A stretch of 64,000 nucleotides of DNA from an uncultured delta proteobacterium. Its GTDB lineage: Bacteria; Myxococcota; Myxococcia; Myxococcales; Anaeromyxobacteraceae. The notes beneath the pieces are model-generated. The model had not been told where the DNA came from and made no database searches. It saw only the letters and a list, made by a program, of their open reading frames with translations. The position numbers and the translations under genes are program-made. The stretch covers positions 96,001-160,000 of the forward strand of contig CAWHDZ010000007.1 in the NCBI GenBank assembly GCA_963828255.1, in the 5' to 3' direction. Shown in pieces: positions 42,276 to 50,348 of this stretch; within the stretch, counting starts at the first letter, position 1; each line of letters begins with the position of its first letter.

Positions 42276-42923
42276 TCACATCCCCGCGAAGAGCATCCCC
42301 TGGGTGAGGATGACGATCCCGAATCCGACGAGCAGCAGCCCGGAGACCCAGCGCACCGTGACCGGGTGGGCCGACACCAGCCGGACCCGCTGTCGCAGCG
42401 CCTGCGAACCGTAGCCCACCGCGAGCATGGGGACCGCGAACCCGAGGGAGTAGACGAGCAGCAACCCGACCCCGGTCGTCATCGACCCCTTGGAGGCGAC
42501 GAGCGCGAGCACGCCCGAGAGCAAGGGGCCGACGCAGGGGATCCACACCAGGCCCAAGGTGAGGCCGAGGAGGAGGCCGGACCAGCGACCGCTCCCGCCG
42601 GCCTGGATCCGGTTCACCCAGGTGAACTTCTTGAAGAGGTTCACGTCGGCCAGCAGCAGCAGGCCGAAGGCGACGACCATCGCGCCGAAGACCTTCTCGA
42701 GCGCCGGGAGGACCGGCCCCACCACGCTCCCGAAGAGGCTCGTCACCACGCCCATGAGGACGAAGCTCGCGGCGATGCCGGCGACGATCAGGGCGGGGCG
42801 GGAGCGGTGGTCCTCGGCCGTGCCCGCCAGGATGATGGGGAGCACGGGCAGGACGCAGGGGCTCGCGACGCTGGCGAGCCCGGCGCCGAAGGTCAGCGCG
42901 AGCGAGGAGAGTCCCACGTCCAT
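42276..42923 (-). CDS. ccdA: CcdA/DsbD-type transmembrane disulfide reductase
   Basis: ASPCVLPVLP and WIPCVGPLL. Confidence 0.9.
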   Translation of the reverse strand: MDVGLSSLALTFGAGLASVASPCVLPVLPIILAGTAEDHRSRPALIVAGIAASFVLMGVVTSLFGSVVGPVLPALEKVFGAMVVAFGLLLLADVNLFKKFTWVNRIQAGGSGRWSGLLLGLTLGLVWIPCVGPLLSGVLALVASKGSMTTGVGLLLVYSLGFAVPMLAVGYGSQALRQRVRLVSAHPVTVRWVSGLLLVGFGIVILTQGMLFAGM

Positions 42924-42928
42924 GGCGA

Positions 42929-43324
42929 TCAGTTCTGGACGAGCTGGCGGACCTGTGTGGCCGACTGGATGCCCGGCGTGGCCCGCCGGATCTCCTTGCC
43001 GGAGGCGTCGGTCACGATCAGGGTCGGCAGCGCGCGGATGCCGTACTGCTGAAACTTGGCGATGTCGCCGGCGACGGTGGTCTTGAGATAGACGACCTCG
43101 GCCTTGCCCTTCAGCTCGGGAGCCATCTCCTGGAGGATGCGGTCCTGCATCTGGCAGGGCGCGCCGCCGGGATTCATGAAGAAGACCAGGCGGGGGAGGG
43201 CGGCGGGGCGGGTGGAGGCCGTGGTCGCCGAGGCGGGACGGGGAGCGTCGGCCAGGGTTGCAGAAGCGGCTGCGGCGACGATGAGGGCCAGGACGGACAG
43301 ACGGAAGGGGCGGGCGAGGGTCAT
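42929..43324 (-). CDS. Exported thioredoxin-like protein with monothiol GAPC site
   Basis: Signal peptide, FFMNPGGAPCQ, YGIRALPTL. Confidence 0.75.
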   Translation of the reverse strand: MTLARPFRLSVLALIVAAAASATLADAPRPASATTASTRPAALPRLVFFMNPGGAPCQMQDRILQEMAPELKGKAEVVYLKTTVAGDIAKFQQYGIRALPTLIVTDASGKEIRRATPGIQSATQVRQLVQN

Positions 43325-43329
43325 GGGTC

Positions 43330-43358
43330 TTGGAGCCGCCGGCGCCCGGATGGGTTCG
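43330..43358 (-). promoter_or_regulatory. Conserved ECF-type promoter motif, copy 2
   Basis: CGAACCC-N14-GGCTCCAA, ATG 5 nt downstream (leaderless geometry). Confidence 0.65.
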
Positions 43359-43371
43359 CGGATCCGCCCGC

Positions 43372-44187
43372 TCAATCCCACCGCCAGATCACGCTCGCCG
43401 TTGCCGATGGACCGGAGAAGGACCCGTCGGGCGTGTCGGTGCGCCGGAACGTGGCGCCCAGGTCCACCGAGAATCCGGCCCCGAGCCCCTGCTCTAAGCC
43501 CAGGCCGACCCCCACCGTGGTGGCGGGAGCCCGGTAGGGCTCGAAGGTGGCCACTGCGGCAGCCGCGGTCGCCCCGTCGGAACTGGCCAGGGCGACGGGC
43601 AGGATCTCCCTGTAGAACGTCAGATCGCCGCGCTCGACGAAGCAGGCGACCGAGATCCAGGTGGCGCGGGCCAGGCGGAACTCCACGTCGGTGAAGATCC
43701 GGTCGAAGTTCGATCCGTAGACCGGGTCCTCCGCGGTTCGCAGGACGTGGGCGTAGCCGAGGCGCGTGGTAAACCACCCGAGCGGGCGGTAGCGCAGGGA
43801 GAGGCGCGCGGTGACGCTGGCGCCGCTGCGCGCGGGGTCGGTGTACCAGGCATAGGACGCCGTGCTCCCGAGCACGAGCGCGAGCGGGCCCACGAGGTCG
43901 ACGAGGAGGCTCGCGCTGGCGCCGGCGGCCGTGCGGTCGAGGTCGGAGAGCGTGGCGAACCGGGCGCCGTCGAGGGCTGCTCCCACGTAGAGGAACGCCG
44001 CGTCGGAGAGGTCGATGGCGGCGCCGCCGGTGGCCGTCAACGAGGCGACCGCGGATCCAAGCCCCTCCTCGCCCGGGGCCACGAGAAGGTTGGTGTCGTA
44101 GCCGCCCCCGGCGGCGACGGACCCCTCGAATCGGAGTCCGCCGTCGTCGGCGGCGAGGAGCGCCAGGGCGAGCATCAATGCGGGCAT
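43372..44187 (-). CDS. Putative outer membrane beta-barrel protein
   Basis: Signal peptide, GGGYDTN, alternating amphipathic strands, aromatic C-terminus. Confidence 0.6.
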   Translation of the reverse strand: MPALMLALALLAADDGGLRFEGSVAAGGGYDTNLLVAPGEEGLGSAVASLTATGGAAIDLSDAAFLYVGAALDGARFATLSDLDRTAAGASASLLVDLVGPLALVLGSTASYAWYTDPARSGASVTARLSLRYRPLGWFTTRLGYAHVLRTAEDPVYGSNFDRIFTDVEFRLARATWISVACFVERGDLTFYREILPVALASSDGATAAAAVATFEPYRAPATTVGVGLGLEQGLGAGFSVDLGATFRRTDTPDGSFSGPSATASVIWRWD

Positions 44188-44210
44188 GCCGGATCCCCGG
44201 TGGATGGGTG

Positions 44211-44498
44211 CTACTTGCCGCCGTGGTAGCCGCTGCCCGAGCCGCCGCCGTTGCCGCCGCCCGACCCGCTGCCCTTGCCGGCGCCGCCGCCGCTCATCGA
44301 GCGGCTGCGCTCGCGGGCCATGTCCTGGGAGGCCTGGTGCGAGGCGTCGCGGGTCTGCGTGCGGGTCTGGTCCTTCGCGGGAGTGGCGCCGTCGACGTGG
44401 GTGGACGGGTCGCGGGTCTGCTGGCGGGTCTGGTCCTGGGCGATGGCGGGGACGGCGACGAGGAGCGCCGAGAGGGTCAGGAGGGTCTTCAGGGTCAT
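44211..44498 (-). CDS. Small secreted low-complexity protein with DQTRxQTRD repeats and Gly-rich tail
   Basis: Signal peptide, two DQTRxQTRD repeats, GGAG SD. Confidence 0.7.
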   Translation of the reverse strand: MTLKTLLTLSALLVAVPAIAQDQTRQQTRDPSTHVDGATPAKDQTRTQTRDASHQASQDMARERSRSMSGGGAGKGSGSGGGNGGGSGSGYHGGK

Positions 44499-44575
44499 TT
44501 TCGATCTCCGGGGTTGGTGGGAACTTCCACCCCCTTCAACCGGGGGATCGCGCCGAGGGTGCGCCCTGTGGCACC

Positions 44576-45361
44576 GTGTCGCACTTGGGCATCCAGCAAC
44601 TCCTGGCGCTCGCCACGGGCCTCCTCGCCGGCCTGCTCTCCGGTGTCTTCGGAATCGGCGGCGGAATCGTCCTGGTCCCCCTGCTGGGCCTCCTGCTCGG
44701 CCTTGGCCAGCAGGACGCGCAGGGAGTGACCCTGGCGGTCCTCCTCCTGCCCATCGGCCTGCCGGCGGTCCTCGCCTACCGGAAGCGAGTGACCATCCGG
44801 TGGTGGCTCGTGGCTGCGCTCGTCGCAGGGTTCGTCGTCGCCGTGGCTCCGGGCGCCTGGGCCGCGAACGCACTGGAAGGGCAGCAGCTCCGCGGGGTCT
44901 TCGCGTTCTTCGTCCTGATCGTGGCGTGGCAGATGTGGAGTCGGATCCCCATCGGATCTGCCAACCCGCTCGAGCCCGTCACCTCCCCACGGAGCAACTG
45001 GAACGGCATCTGGATCGGAGCCCTCGGGGGATTCCTGTCGGGGCTGCTCGGGATCGGGGGCGCCATCGTGATGATCCCGCTCCTGGTGGCCGTCCTGCGG
45101 CTCGAGCAGCACGAGGCCCAGGCGACGACGCTGGCCGTCATGCTGCCGCCGGTGGGGCTTCCGGGCGTGCTCGCCTATGCGCACGCCCGGGAAGCTCTTC
45201 CCTGGGTCACCCTGGCGCTCGTCGCCTTGGGCTTCGCCGCTGGCGCGCTCGGGGGCGCCAAGGTGGCGGTTCGCATGCGCACGGCGACGCTGGCGCGGGC
45301 GTTCGCCCTCTTCCTGGTCGCCATGGCCGTCCGGCTCGCCTGGGCGGCGTTCCGGGGTTGA
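44576..45361 (+). CDS. TauE/SafE (TSUP) sulfite exporter family
   Basis: Duplicated GLLSGVFGIGGG..VP / GFLSGLLGIGG..IP and AQG.TLA motifs. Confidence 0.88.
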   Translation: MSHLGIQQLLALATGLLAGLLSGVFGIGGGIVLVPLLGLLLGLGQQDAQGVTLAVLLLPIGLPAVLAYRKRVTIRWWLVAALVAGFVVAVAPGAWAANALEGQQLRGVFAFFVLIVAWQMWSRIPIGSANPLEPVTSPRSNWNGIWIGALGGFLSGLLGIGGAIVMIPLLVAVLRLEQHEAQATTLAVMLPPVGLPGVLAYAHAREALPWVTLALVALGFAAGALGGAKVAVRMRTATLARAFALFLVAMAVRLAWAAFRG

Positions 45362-45373
45362 ATCGCGGCGCTC

Positions 45374-45402
45374 CGCACCCTTCCCGGGTCGCACGGCTCA
45401 CA
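45374..45402 (+). promoter_or_regulatory. Conserved ECF-type promoter motif, copy 3 (variant)
   Basis: CGCACCC-N14-GGCTCACA upstream of zf-HC2 gene. Confidence 0.5.
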
Positions 45403-45410
45403 GGGAGCGA

Positions 45411-45677
45411 ATGGTCCCCGCCTGCCAGCGCATCGCCGACATGCTCTCCGACTTCCTCGACGAGGAACTTGGGCCCCACGATCGGTGGGAAGTGACGCTC
45501 CACCTGGAGGGATGCAGCGGCTGCGCCCGGTTCGCGGCCGAGCTGGCCGCGACCATCGGTGCGCTTCACGCCCTCCGGGGAGCCAGCCTCAGTCGTGGCA
45601 GCCCGAGACCAGCCGCGACGACTTGGCGCAGCACTGCGCAGCCTTCTCCGGGGCGCAGCAGGCCTTCTTCTTCGTGA
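45411..45677 (+). CDS. zf-HC2 (ZAS) anti-sigma-like small protein
   Basis: CQRIADMLSDFLDEEL...HLEGCSGC (HxxxCxxC); tail overlaps antisense peptide gene. Confidence 0.7.
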   Translation: MVPACQRIADMLSDFLDEELGPHDRWEVTLHLEGCSGCARFAAELAATIGALHALRGASLSRGSPRPAATTWRSTAQPSPGRSRPSSS

Positions 45678-45687
45678 GCATCTTCAC
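45589..45687 (-). CDS. Cys-rich 32-aa peptide, copy B (MKMLTKKKACCAPEKAAQCCAKSSRLVSGCHD)
   Basis: AGGAGG SD 5 nt before GTG; 27/33 identical to copy A; not in ORF track. Confidence 0.85.
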   Translation of the reverse strand: MKMLTKKKACCAPEKAAQCCAKSSRLVSGCHD

Positions 45688-45696
45688 CGTGTCCTC

Positions 45697-45861
45697 CTAG
45701 GCCTTCGCCTGCTTCTCGAGCTTGGTCTTCACGGCCTTCGCGGCATCGCAGTCCGGGCACTTGGCCGAGGGCTTCGCCGCGTGGGTCTTGCAGGTGGCGA
45801 GGCAGTTCGAAAGCGACTGCAGCAGGATCTTGACCTCGGACTTCGTCAGCTCGACCGTCAT
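45697..45861 (-). CDS. Small Cys-containing protein (CxxxC-x9-CxxC)
   Basis: MTVELTKSEVKILLQSLSNCLATCKTHAAKPSAKCPDCDAAK...; GGAGG SD; stop overlaps SD of peptide B. Confidence 0.75.
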   Translation of the reverse strand: MTVELTKSEVKILLQSLSNCLATCKTHAAKPSAKCPDCDAAKAVKTKLEKQAKA

Positions 45862-45933
45862 GGAGGACCTCCGCGCCACGAGAGAGTCCGATGATCAGCC
45901 CCCGGGGGGCGGGTGTCCAGCGGAACCGCGCAC

Positions 45934-45962
45934 CGAACCCTTTCCGGGGGGGCTGGCTCCCA
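45934..45962 (+). promoter_or_regulatory. Conserved ECF-type promoter motif, copy 4
   Basis: CGAACCC-N14-GGCTCCCA upstream of rhodanese-sqr. Confidence 0.65.
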
Positions 45963-45986
45963 CCCCCGTCCGCGCCAGGAGCCTCC

Positions 45987-46427
45987 ATGTCCCGATCCCT
46001 CGTCATCGTCCTCGTCTCCGCCCTCGCAGGTGCTCTCCCAGCCGGCGCCCAGGCCCCGTCGGCTCCGGCTGCCCGCATGCCAGCGGTCCAGGTGGTGACC
46101 GGGGAGCAGCTCAAGGCCTTCTTCGACGCGAAGAAGAAGATGGTGGTGGTGGACACCCGCACGCCGGACGAGTTCGCCCAGGCCCGCATCGCAGGCTCCG
46201 TGAACATCCCGGCCGGCTTCGTTCGTACCCTCTCCAACCGCCTGCCCAAGGACAAGGGCACGCTGCTCGTCTTCTACTGCCGAGGGTCTGGCTGCACGCT
46301 CAGCGCGGAAGCGGCTTCCGAGGCGGCCGGGCTCGGCTACACGAGCCTCGCCATCTACCAGGCCGGAATCCCCGACTGGCTGCTCAAGCGCTTCCCGGTC
46401 GAGACCGGGGTCCCGAAGGCGAAGTGA
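45987..46427 (+). CDS. Exported rhodanese-like sulfurtransferase
   Basis: Signal peptide, VDTR, RIAGSVNIP, active loop YCRGSGC, GIPDW. Confidence 0.88.
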   Translation: MSRSLVIVLVSALAGALPAGAQAPSAPAARMPAVQVVTGEQLKAFFDAKKKMVVVDTRTPDEFAQARIAGSVNIPAGFVRTLSNRLPKDKGTLLVFYCRGSGCTLSAEAASEAAGLGYTSLAIYQAGIPDWLLKRFPVETGVPKAK

Positions 46428-46435
46428 GGAGACAC

Positions 46436-47605
46436 ATGGCCTCGAATGCGATCGTCGTCGGCGGAGGCTTCGCGGGACTGGAGGCCGCCATCCACCTGCG
46501 CAAGGCCGGCCTCTCCGTGACCCTGGTCTCCGACCGCCCCTACCTCTGGATCTACCCGACGTCGATCTGGGTCGTGACCGGGGAGCGGGAGTTCGAGGAC
46601 GTGTGCCTCGACCTCGCCGACGTGGCCCGGCGCCACCAGTTCACGTTTCGTGAGGGCAAGGTCGAGTCGATCACGGCGGCGCGCCGCGCGGTGACGGTGG
46701 ACGGGGAGGAACTGGTCGCCGACCACCTGGTGCTCGCCATCGGGGGCGCGCCGCTCAAGCCCAAGGGGGTCGAGCACACCTTCGGCCTGTCGGGCAGTCC
46801 GGAATCCGCCTCCCGCCTCCACGATGCGCTCGAGGCCCTCCTGACCCGCGGCGGCGGCCGCATCGCCATGGGATTCGGCGGCAACCCCAAGGATCCCTCG
46901 GCGGTGCGCGGCGGCCCGGTCTTCGAGGTGATGTTCAACGTCGTCCACATGCTCCGGAAGCGCGGCGTGCGGGACGGCTTCCAGCTGGCCTTCTTCGCGC
47001 CCATGCCGAGCCCCGGCGAGCGCATGGGGAAGAAGGCCGTCGCGGCCATCCAGCGGATGCTGGGGGAGATGGGCGTGGAGATGCGCTTCGGCAAGAAGAT
47101 CGACGGCTTCCTGAAGGGCGGGACGGTGCTCTTCGAGGACGGTTCGTTGCTCCCGAGCGATCTCACCGTCTTCATCCCCGCGCAGGGCGGCCACCCGGTG
47201 CTCACCGGGAGCGACCTCCCGCGCAACGAGGCCGGCTTCGTCCAGATCGACGAGGGCTGCGCCGTGCCCGGGTTCCCCGGGGTGTGGGCGGTGGGGGACT
47301 CGGCCGCGCTCGACGGCCCGCCCTGGCGGGCCAAGCAGGGGCACCTCGCCGAGGTCATGGCCCGGGTGGCCGCGACGAACATCGCGGCCGAGGTCGCCGG
47401 CCGTTCGGAGAGGGAGAGCTACCTCCCCCACGTCTCCATCACCTGCCTCATGGACATGGGCAACGGCGCAGCCTACGTGCACCGCGACGCCGCGAAGGAG
47501 CAGATGATCCCGCTCCCGGTGGTGGGGCACTGGATGAAGCAGGCCTGGGGAACCTACTTCAAGGCGTCGAAGCGCAAGCAGGTCCCGCGGCTGCCGGGGA
47601 TGTGA
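46436..47605 (+). CDS. sqr: Sulfide:quinone oxidoreductase-like flavoprotein
   Basis: GGGFAG, YPTSIWV, AVGDSA, KQGHLA, TCLMDMG; follows rhodanese. Confidence 0.7.
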   Translation: MASNAIVVGGGFAGLEAAIHLRKAGLSVTLVSDRPYLWIYPTSIWVVTGEREFEDVCLDLADVARRHQFTFREGKVESITAARRAVTVDGEELVADHLVLAIGGAPLKPKGVEHTFGLSGSPESASRLHDALEALLTRGGGRIAMGFGGNPKDPSAVRGGPVFEVMFNVVHMLRKRGVRDGFQLAFFAPMPSPGERMGKKAVAAIQRMLGEMGVEMRFGKKIDGFLKGGTVLFEDGSLLPSDLTVFIPAQGGHPVLTGSDLPRNEAGFVQIDEGCAVPGFPGVWAVGDSAALDGPPWRAKQGHLAEVMARVAATNIAAEVAGRSERESYLPHVSITCLMDMGNGAAYVHRDAAKEQMIPLPVVGHWMKQAWGTYFKASKRKQVPRLPGM

Positions 47606-47608
47606 CGG

Positions 47609-48334
47609 TCAGCCGGCGGCCGCCACCGGGTAGAACGGGCACTCCCGCTCGAGGCAGTCGTCGTTCCGCTGGTGGAACACGCAGCGAGGGCCGCCCCCCT
47701 CCAGAGCCGCGCCCAGTTCCTGCCGGGCGAAGCGGATGCCGGAGAGGAGCGCCAGCCAGGAGGTCCGCTTGCAGCAGCGCGGGCCGCCCACGTCGCCGAT
47801 TGTCTGAAGCGCCCGTGCGGTGGCGCGGTTGGCCTGGCCCCAGGACGGACCGCTCCGGGGCGTGGCGCCGGTGGCCAGGCTGGCGAAGATCCCCACGCCC
47901 ACCCCCGACCCGCAGGCGCCGTGGAATCCGCAGGAGCCGCCGACGACCGAGTCGGACCGGCGCCGGGCCTCGGCGAGCAGTCCCTCGCGATCCGGCGCGC
48001 CGGTCGCGCTCGCCCAGGTGGCGAGGAGCGTGGCGGGCACGAGGAAGTGGTGCTCCGGGCCGTGCATCTTCACGGCGGGGTGGCGCATGAGCGTGGTGGC
48101 GAGCGCGGCCGGATCGCGACCCGCGTGGACCCGGCAGGCCCTCTCGATGACGTCCTTCGCGTCGCCCGAATGGCAGGCGTCGCAGACGTAGTGGCCGTCG
48201 GTGCAACGGGCGGCGCTGGGCTCCTCCACGCCGCAGACGGCGCAGGTGGCGGGCATGGCCGCCTGCGCGTAGGCCAGATCCACGCCGCAGATCAGGCATC
48301 CCTGGGGGTACTCCTGCGCGCCGGTGGAGCCCAC
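47609..48334 (-). CDS. DUF5714-like Cys-rich protein
   Basis: CLICG, CAVCG, GHYVCDACH, MHGPEHH, CGFHGACG, GGPRCCKR, CPFY. Confidence 0.75.
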   Translation of the reverse strand: MGSTGAQEYPQGCLICGVDLAYAQAAMPATCAVCGVEEPSAARCTDGHYVCDACHSGDAKDVIERACRVHAGRDPAALATTLMRHPAVKMHGPEHHFLVPATLLATWASATGAPDREGLLAEARRRSDSVVGGSCGFHGACGSGVGVGIFASLATGATPRSGPSWGQANRATARALQTIGDVGGPRCCKRTSWLALLSGIRFARQELGAALEGGGPRCVFHQRNDDCLERECPFYPVAAAG

Positions 48335-48336
48335 CC

Positions 48337-49689
48337 TCAGGCTCCCAGGCCGTGGTAGCGCGCGCCCAGGCCGTACAGCGCGGGAACCGGGCGGCAGTCG
48401 GGAGCGATGGGCGTTCCGTGCTCGCGCCAGGCGATGGCGCCGCAGCCGCCGCCGCACACGGGGGCAAGCGCGCAGCCGTCGCAGGCCGGGATGGAGAGGG
48501 TGCTCCGCCCCTGCCACCGTGCGATGGCCGCCTCGTCGCGCGACACCTCGGGGAAGAAGCTGCCCAGGCGGTGTTCCGGGTGGCCCACCGTGGCGGTGCA
48601 GCCGAAGACCCCGCCGTCGGGCCCGAAGGCCCACTCCTTCTTGGCGGCCGGGCAGGCGTCGAAGTTGGGGGCGGGGAGCTCGCCGGTGTCGGCCAGGTGT
48701 CCGATGCCGTGGAAGCGCGGCTGGTGGAAGCGGCGCAGCACCGGGTGGGCCTCGGACAGCTCCACGTACCTCGCCCAGAGCTCCACCCGGTCGAACAGCG
48801 CCCCCTTCTCCTGCCGGCTGGCGCAGCCGAAGAGCTCGTAGTTGCGCCCGATCTGGGTCTTGAAGCGCGACGACGGCAGGTCGAGCCAGCCGCGCCCCGC
48901 GGCGAACCCGGCGAGCTCGGGCAGGGCGGGGAGGTTCTCCCGGTCGGCCACGACGCGGAGGTTCACCGGGATCCTCGCCGCCACGAGGCCGTCGATCCCG
49001 GCCACGATCCGGTCGAACGTGCCCGCCCCGTCTGCGTGGGGCCTGCGCCGGTCGTGCAGCGCCGCCGGGCCGTCGAGCGTGACCTGGACCTCCTTCACCG
49101 ATCCGGAGGAGAGGAGGGGGAGGAAGGCCAGGAGGTCGTGGCCGTTCGTCACCACCGCCACCTCCATCCCACGCGCCCGGGCGCCTTCCAGGTAGCGCCG
49201 GATGCGGTCGTGGTGGGCCGGCGTGTCGCGGAGCGGCTCGCCCCCGAAGAGGGTGATGTACGGGCGGGGCGACTCGCCCGCGTGGTGGCGGTCCACGTAG
49301 GCGAAGAAGGCGTCGATGGCGGCCGGCGAGACCAGCCCGGCCGCGGCCGGGTCGAAGAGCTCCTGGTAGCAGTAGGTGCAGGCCAGGTTGCATCCGAAGC
49401 TCGGGACCACCACGAGCTGGGTAGGCGTCTTGGCCGCCTCGCCCCTCCACTCGGCGCGGGCGGCCTCCACGAAGGCCCGGTCCTCCTCGTCTGAATCCAC
49501 CACGAAGCCCGCCTCGCGCAGCGTGTCCACCGGGAGGTCGCCGGGGAGGGTGGCTCCGGAGGCGAGCCCTTCCAGCGCACGCGCGCTCTCGGGCTCGAGC
49601 AGCGCGGCCTGGCCGGTGAGGGGCTGGACGAGAAGCACCTGGTCGCGCCCGGACACGGGTGCGAGGATGGCGTGGCGGGAAAGCCTCAA
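48337..49689 (-). CDS. Radical SAM/SPASM domain protein (putative peptide maturase)
   Basis: CNLACTYC, FGGEPL, VTNG, QVTLDG; SPASM CPAA...GC...CDGCALAPVCGGGC...C; about 80-aa N-terminal RRE-like extension; TTG start overlaps upstream TGA. Confidence 0.9.
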   Translation of the reverse strand: MRLSRHAILAPVSGRDQVLLVQPLTGQAALLEPESARALEGLASGATLPGDLPVDTLREAGFVVDSDEEDRAFVEAARAEWRGEAAKTPTQLVVVPSFGCNLACTYCYQELFDPAAAGLVSPAAIDAFFAYVDRHHAGESPRPYITLFGGEPLRDTPAHHDRIRRYLEGARARGMEVAVVTNGHDLLAFLPLLSSGSVKEVQVTLDGPAALHDRRRPHADGAGTFDRIVAGIDGLVAARIPVNLRVVADRENLPALPELAGFAAGRGWLDLPSSRFKTQIGRNYELFGCASRQEKGALFDRVELWARYVELSEAHPVLRRFHQPRFHGIGHLADTGELPAPNFDACPAAKKEWAFGPDGGVFGCTATVGHPEHRLGSFFPEVSRDEAAIARWQGRSTLSIPACDGCALAPVCGGGCGAIAWREHGTPIAPDCRPVPALYGLGARYHGLGA

Positions 49690-50348
49690 GGGGTCTCCGG
49701 TTCCGGGCGGCGCCCCGTGACGGTGATGCTGCGGACGAGCACCTCGCCCTTCGCGTACGGTTCGGTGCGGCGCACGACGTCGACGTCGCGCAGCCCCGCG
49801 GAGGCGATGGCGGCCAGGTAGTCTGCCTCGGGAATCGACCCGCCGTAGCAGGCGGCCCACGCGGCTGGGTCGTTCCGAACCGACGCGGGAAGGTGCTCCT
49901 CCGACACCACGTCGGAGACGGCGAACCGCCCGCCGGGGCGGAGCAGGCGGTGGACCTCCCGGAAGACCGCCGCCTTGTCGGGGGCGTGGTTGATGGCGCA
50001 GTTCGAGACCACCACGTGGGCGCAGCGGTCGGGCAGCGTCACCGCGGCGAGGTCGCTCTTCACCACCCGTGCATTGGGGAGCCCGGCCAGGGCCGCGGCA
50101 GCCGCAGCCAGCATGCGCTCGTTGCCGTCCACGCCGGTGGCGGACCCGCCCGGGCCCACCCGATCCGCGGCACGGGCCACGTCGCCTCCCCGGCCGCAGC
50201 CGAGGTCCACGACGTCCTCGCCCTGGCGCGGCGCGGCCACGTCGAGGGCCCGGCCGCAGGAGAGGGACTCCTTCGAGGTGGAGAGCGCTCCGTAGCGCAC
50301 CGCGGTGGCGCGGGCGATGGGCTCAGCGAGCTTCGGATCCGGGCTCAT
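49686..50348 (-). CDS. ArsM-like SAM-dependent methyltransferase
   Basis: LSCG, DLGCGRGGD, VVSNCAINHAPDK, LRPGGRFAVSD, WAACYGG. Confidence 0.8.
   Translation of the reverse strand: MSPDPKLAEPIARATAVRYGALSTSKESLSCGRALDVAAPRQGEDVVDLGCGRGGDVARAADRVGPGGSATGVDGNERMLAAAAAALAGLPNARVVKSDLAAVTLPDRCAHVVVSNCAINHAPDKAAVFREVHRLLRPGGRFAVSDVVSEEHLPASVRNDPAAWAACYGGSIPEADYLAAIASAGLRDVDVVRRTEPYAKGEVLVRSITVTGRRPEPETP

Noticed and set aside
44569..44584. TGGCAC near the tauE start as a sigma54 promoter
   Set aside because: Spacing is GG-N9-GC and it overlaps the probable start codon.
45589..45591. TGA after GCHD in peptide B as selenocysteine
   Set aside because: Paralog A ends at the same position with TAG, so it is a true stop.
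45890..45918. ACACCC-N14-GATCATC upstream of the Cys4/peptide B unit as a sixth promoter copy
   Set aside because: Both boxes deviate too far from the consensus to claim.
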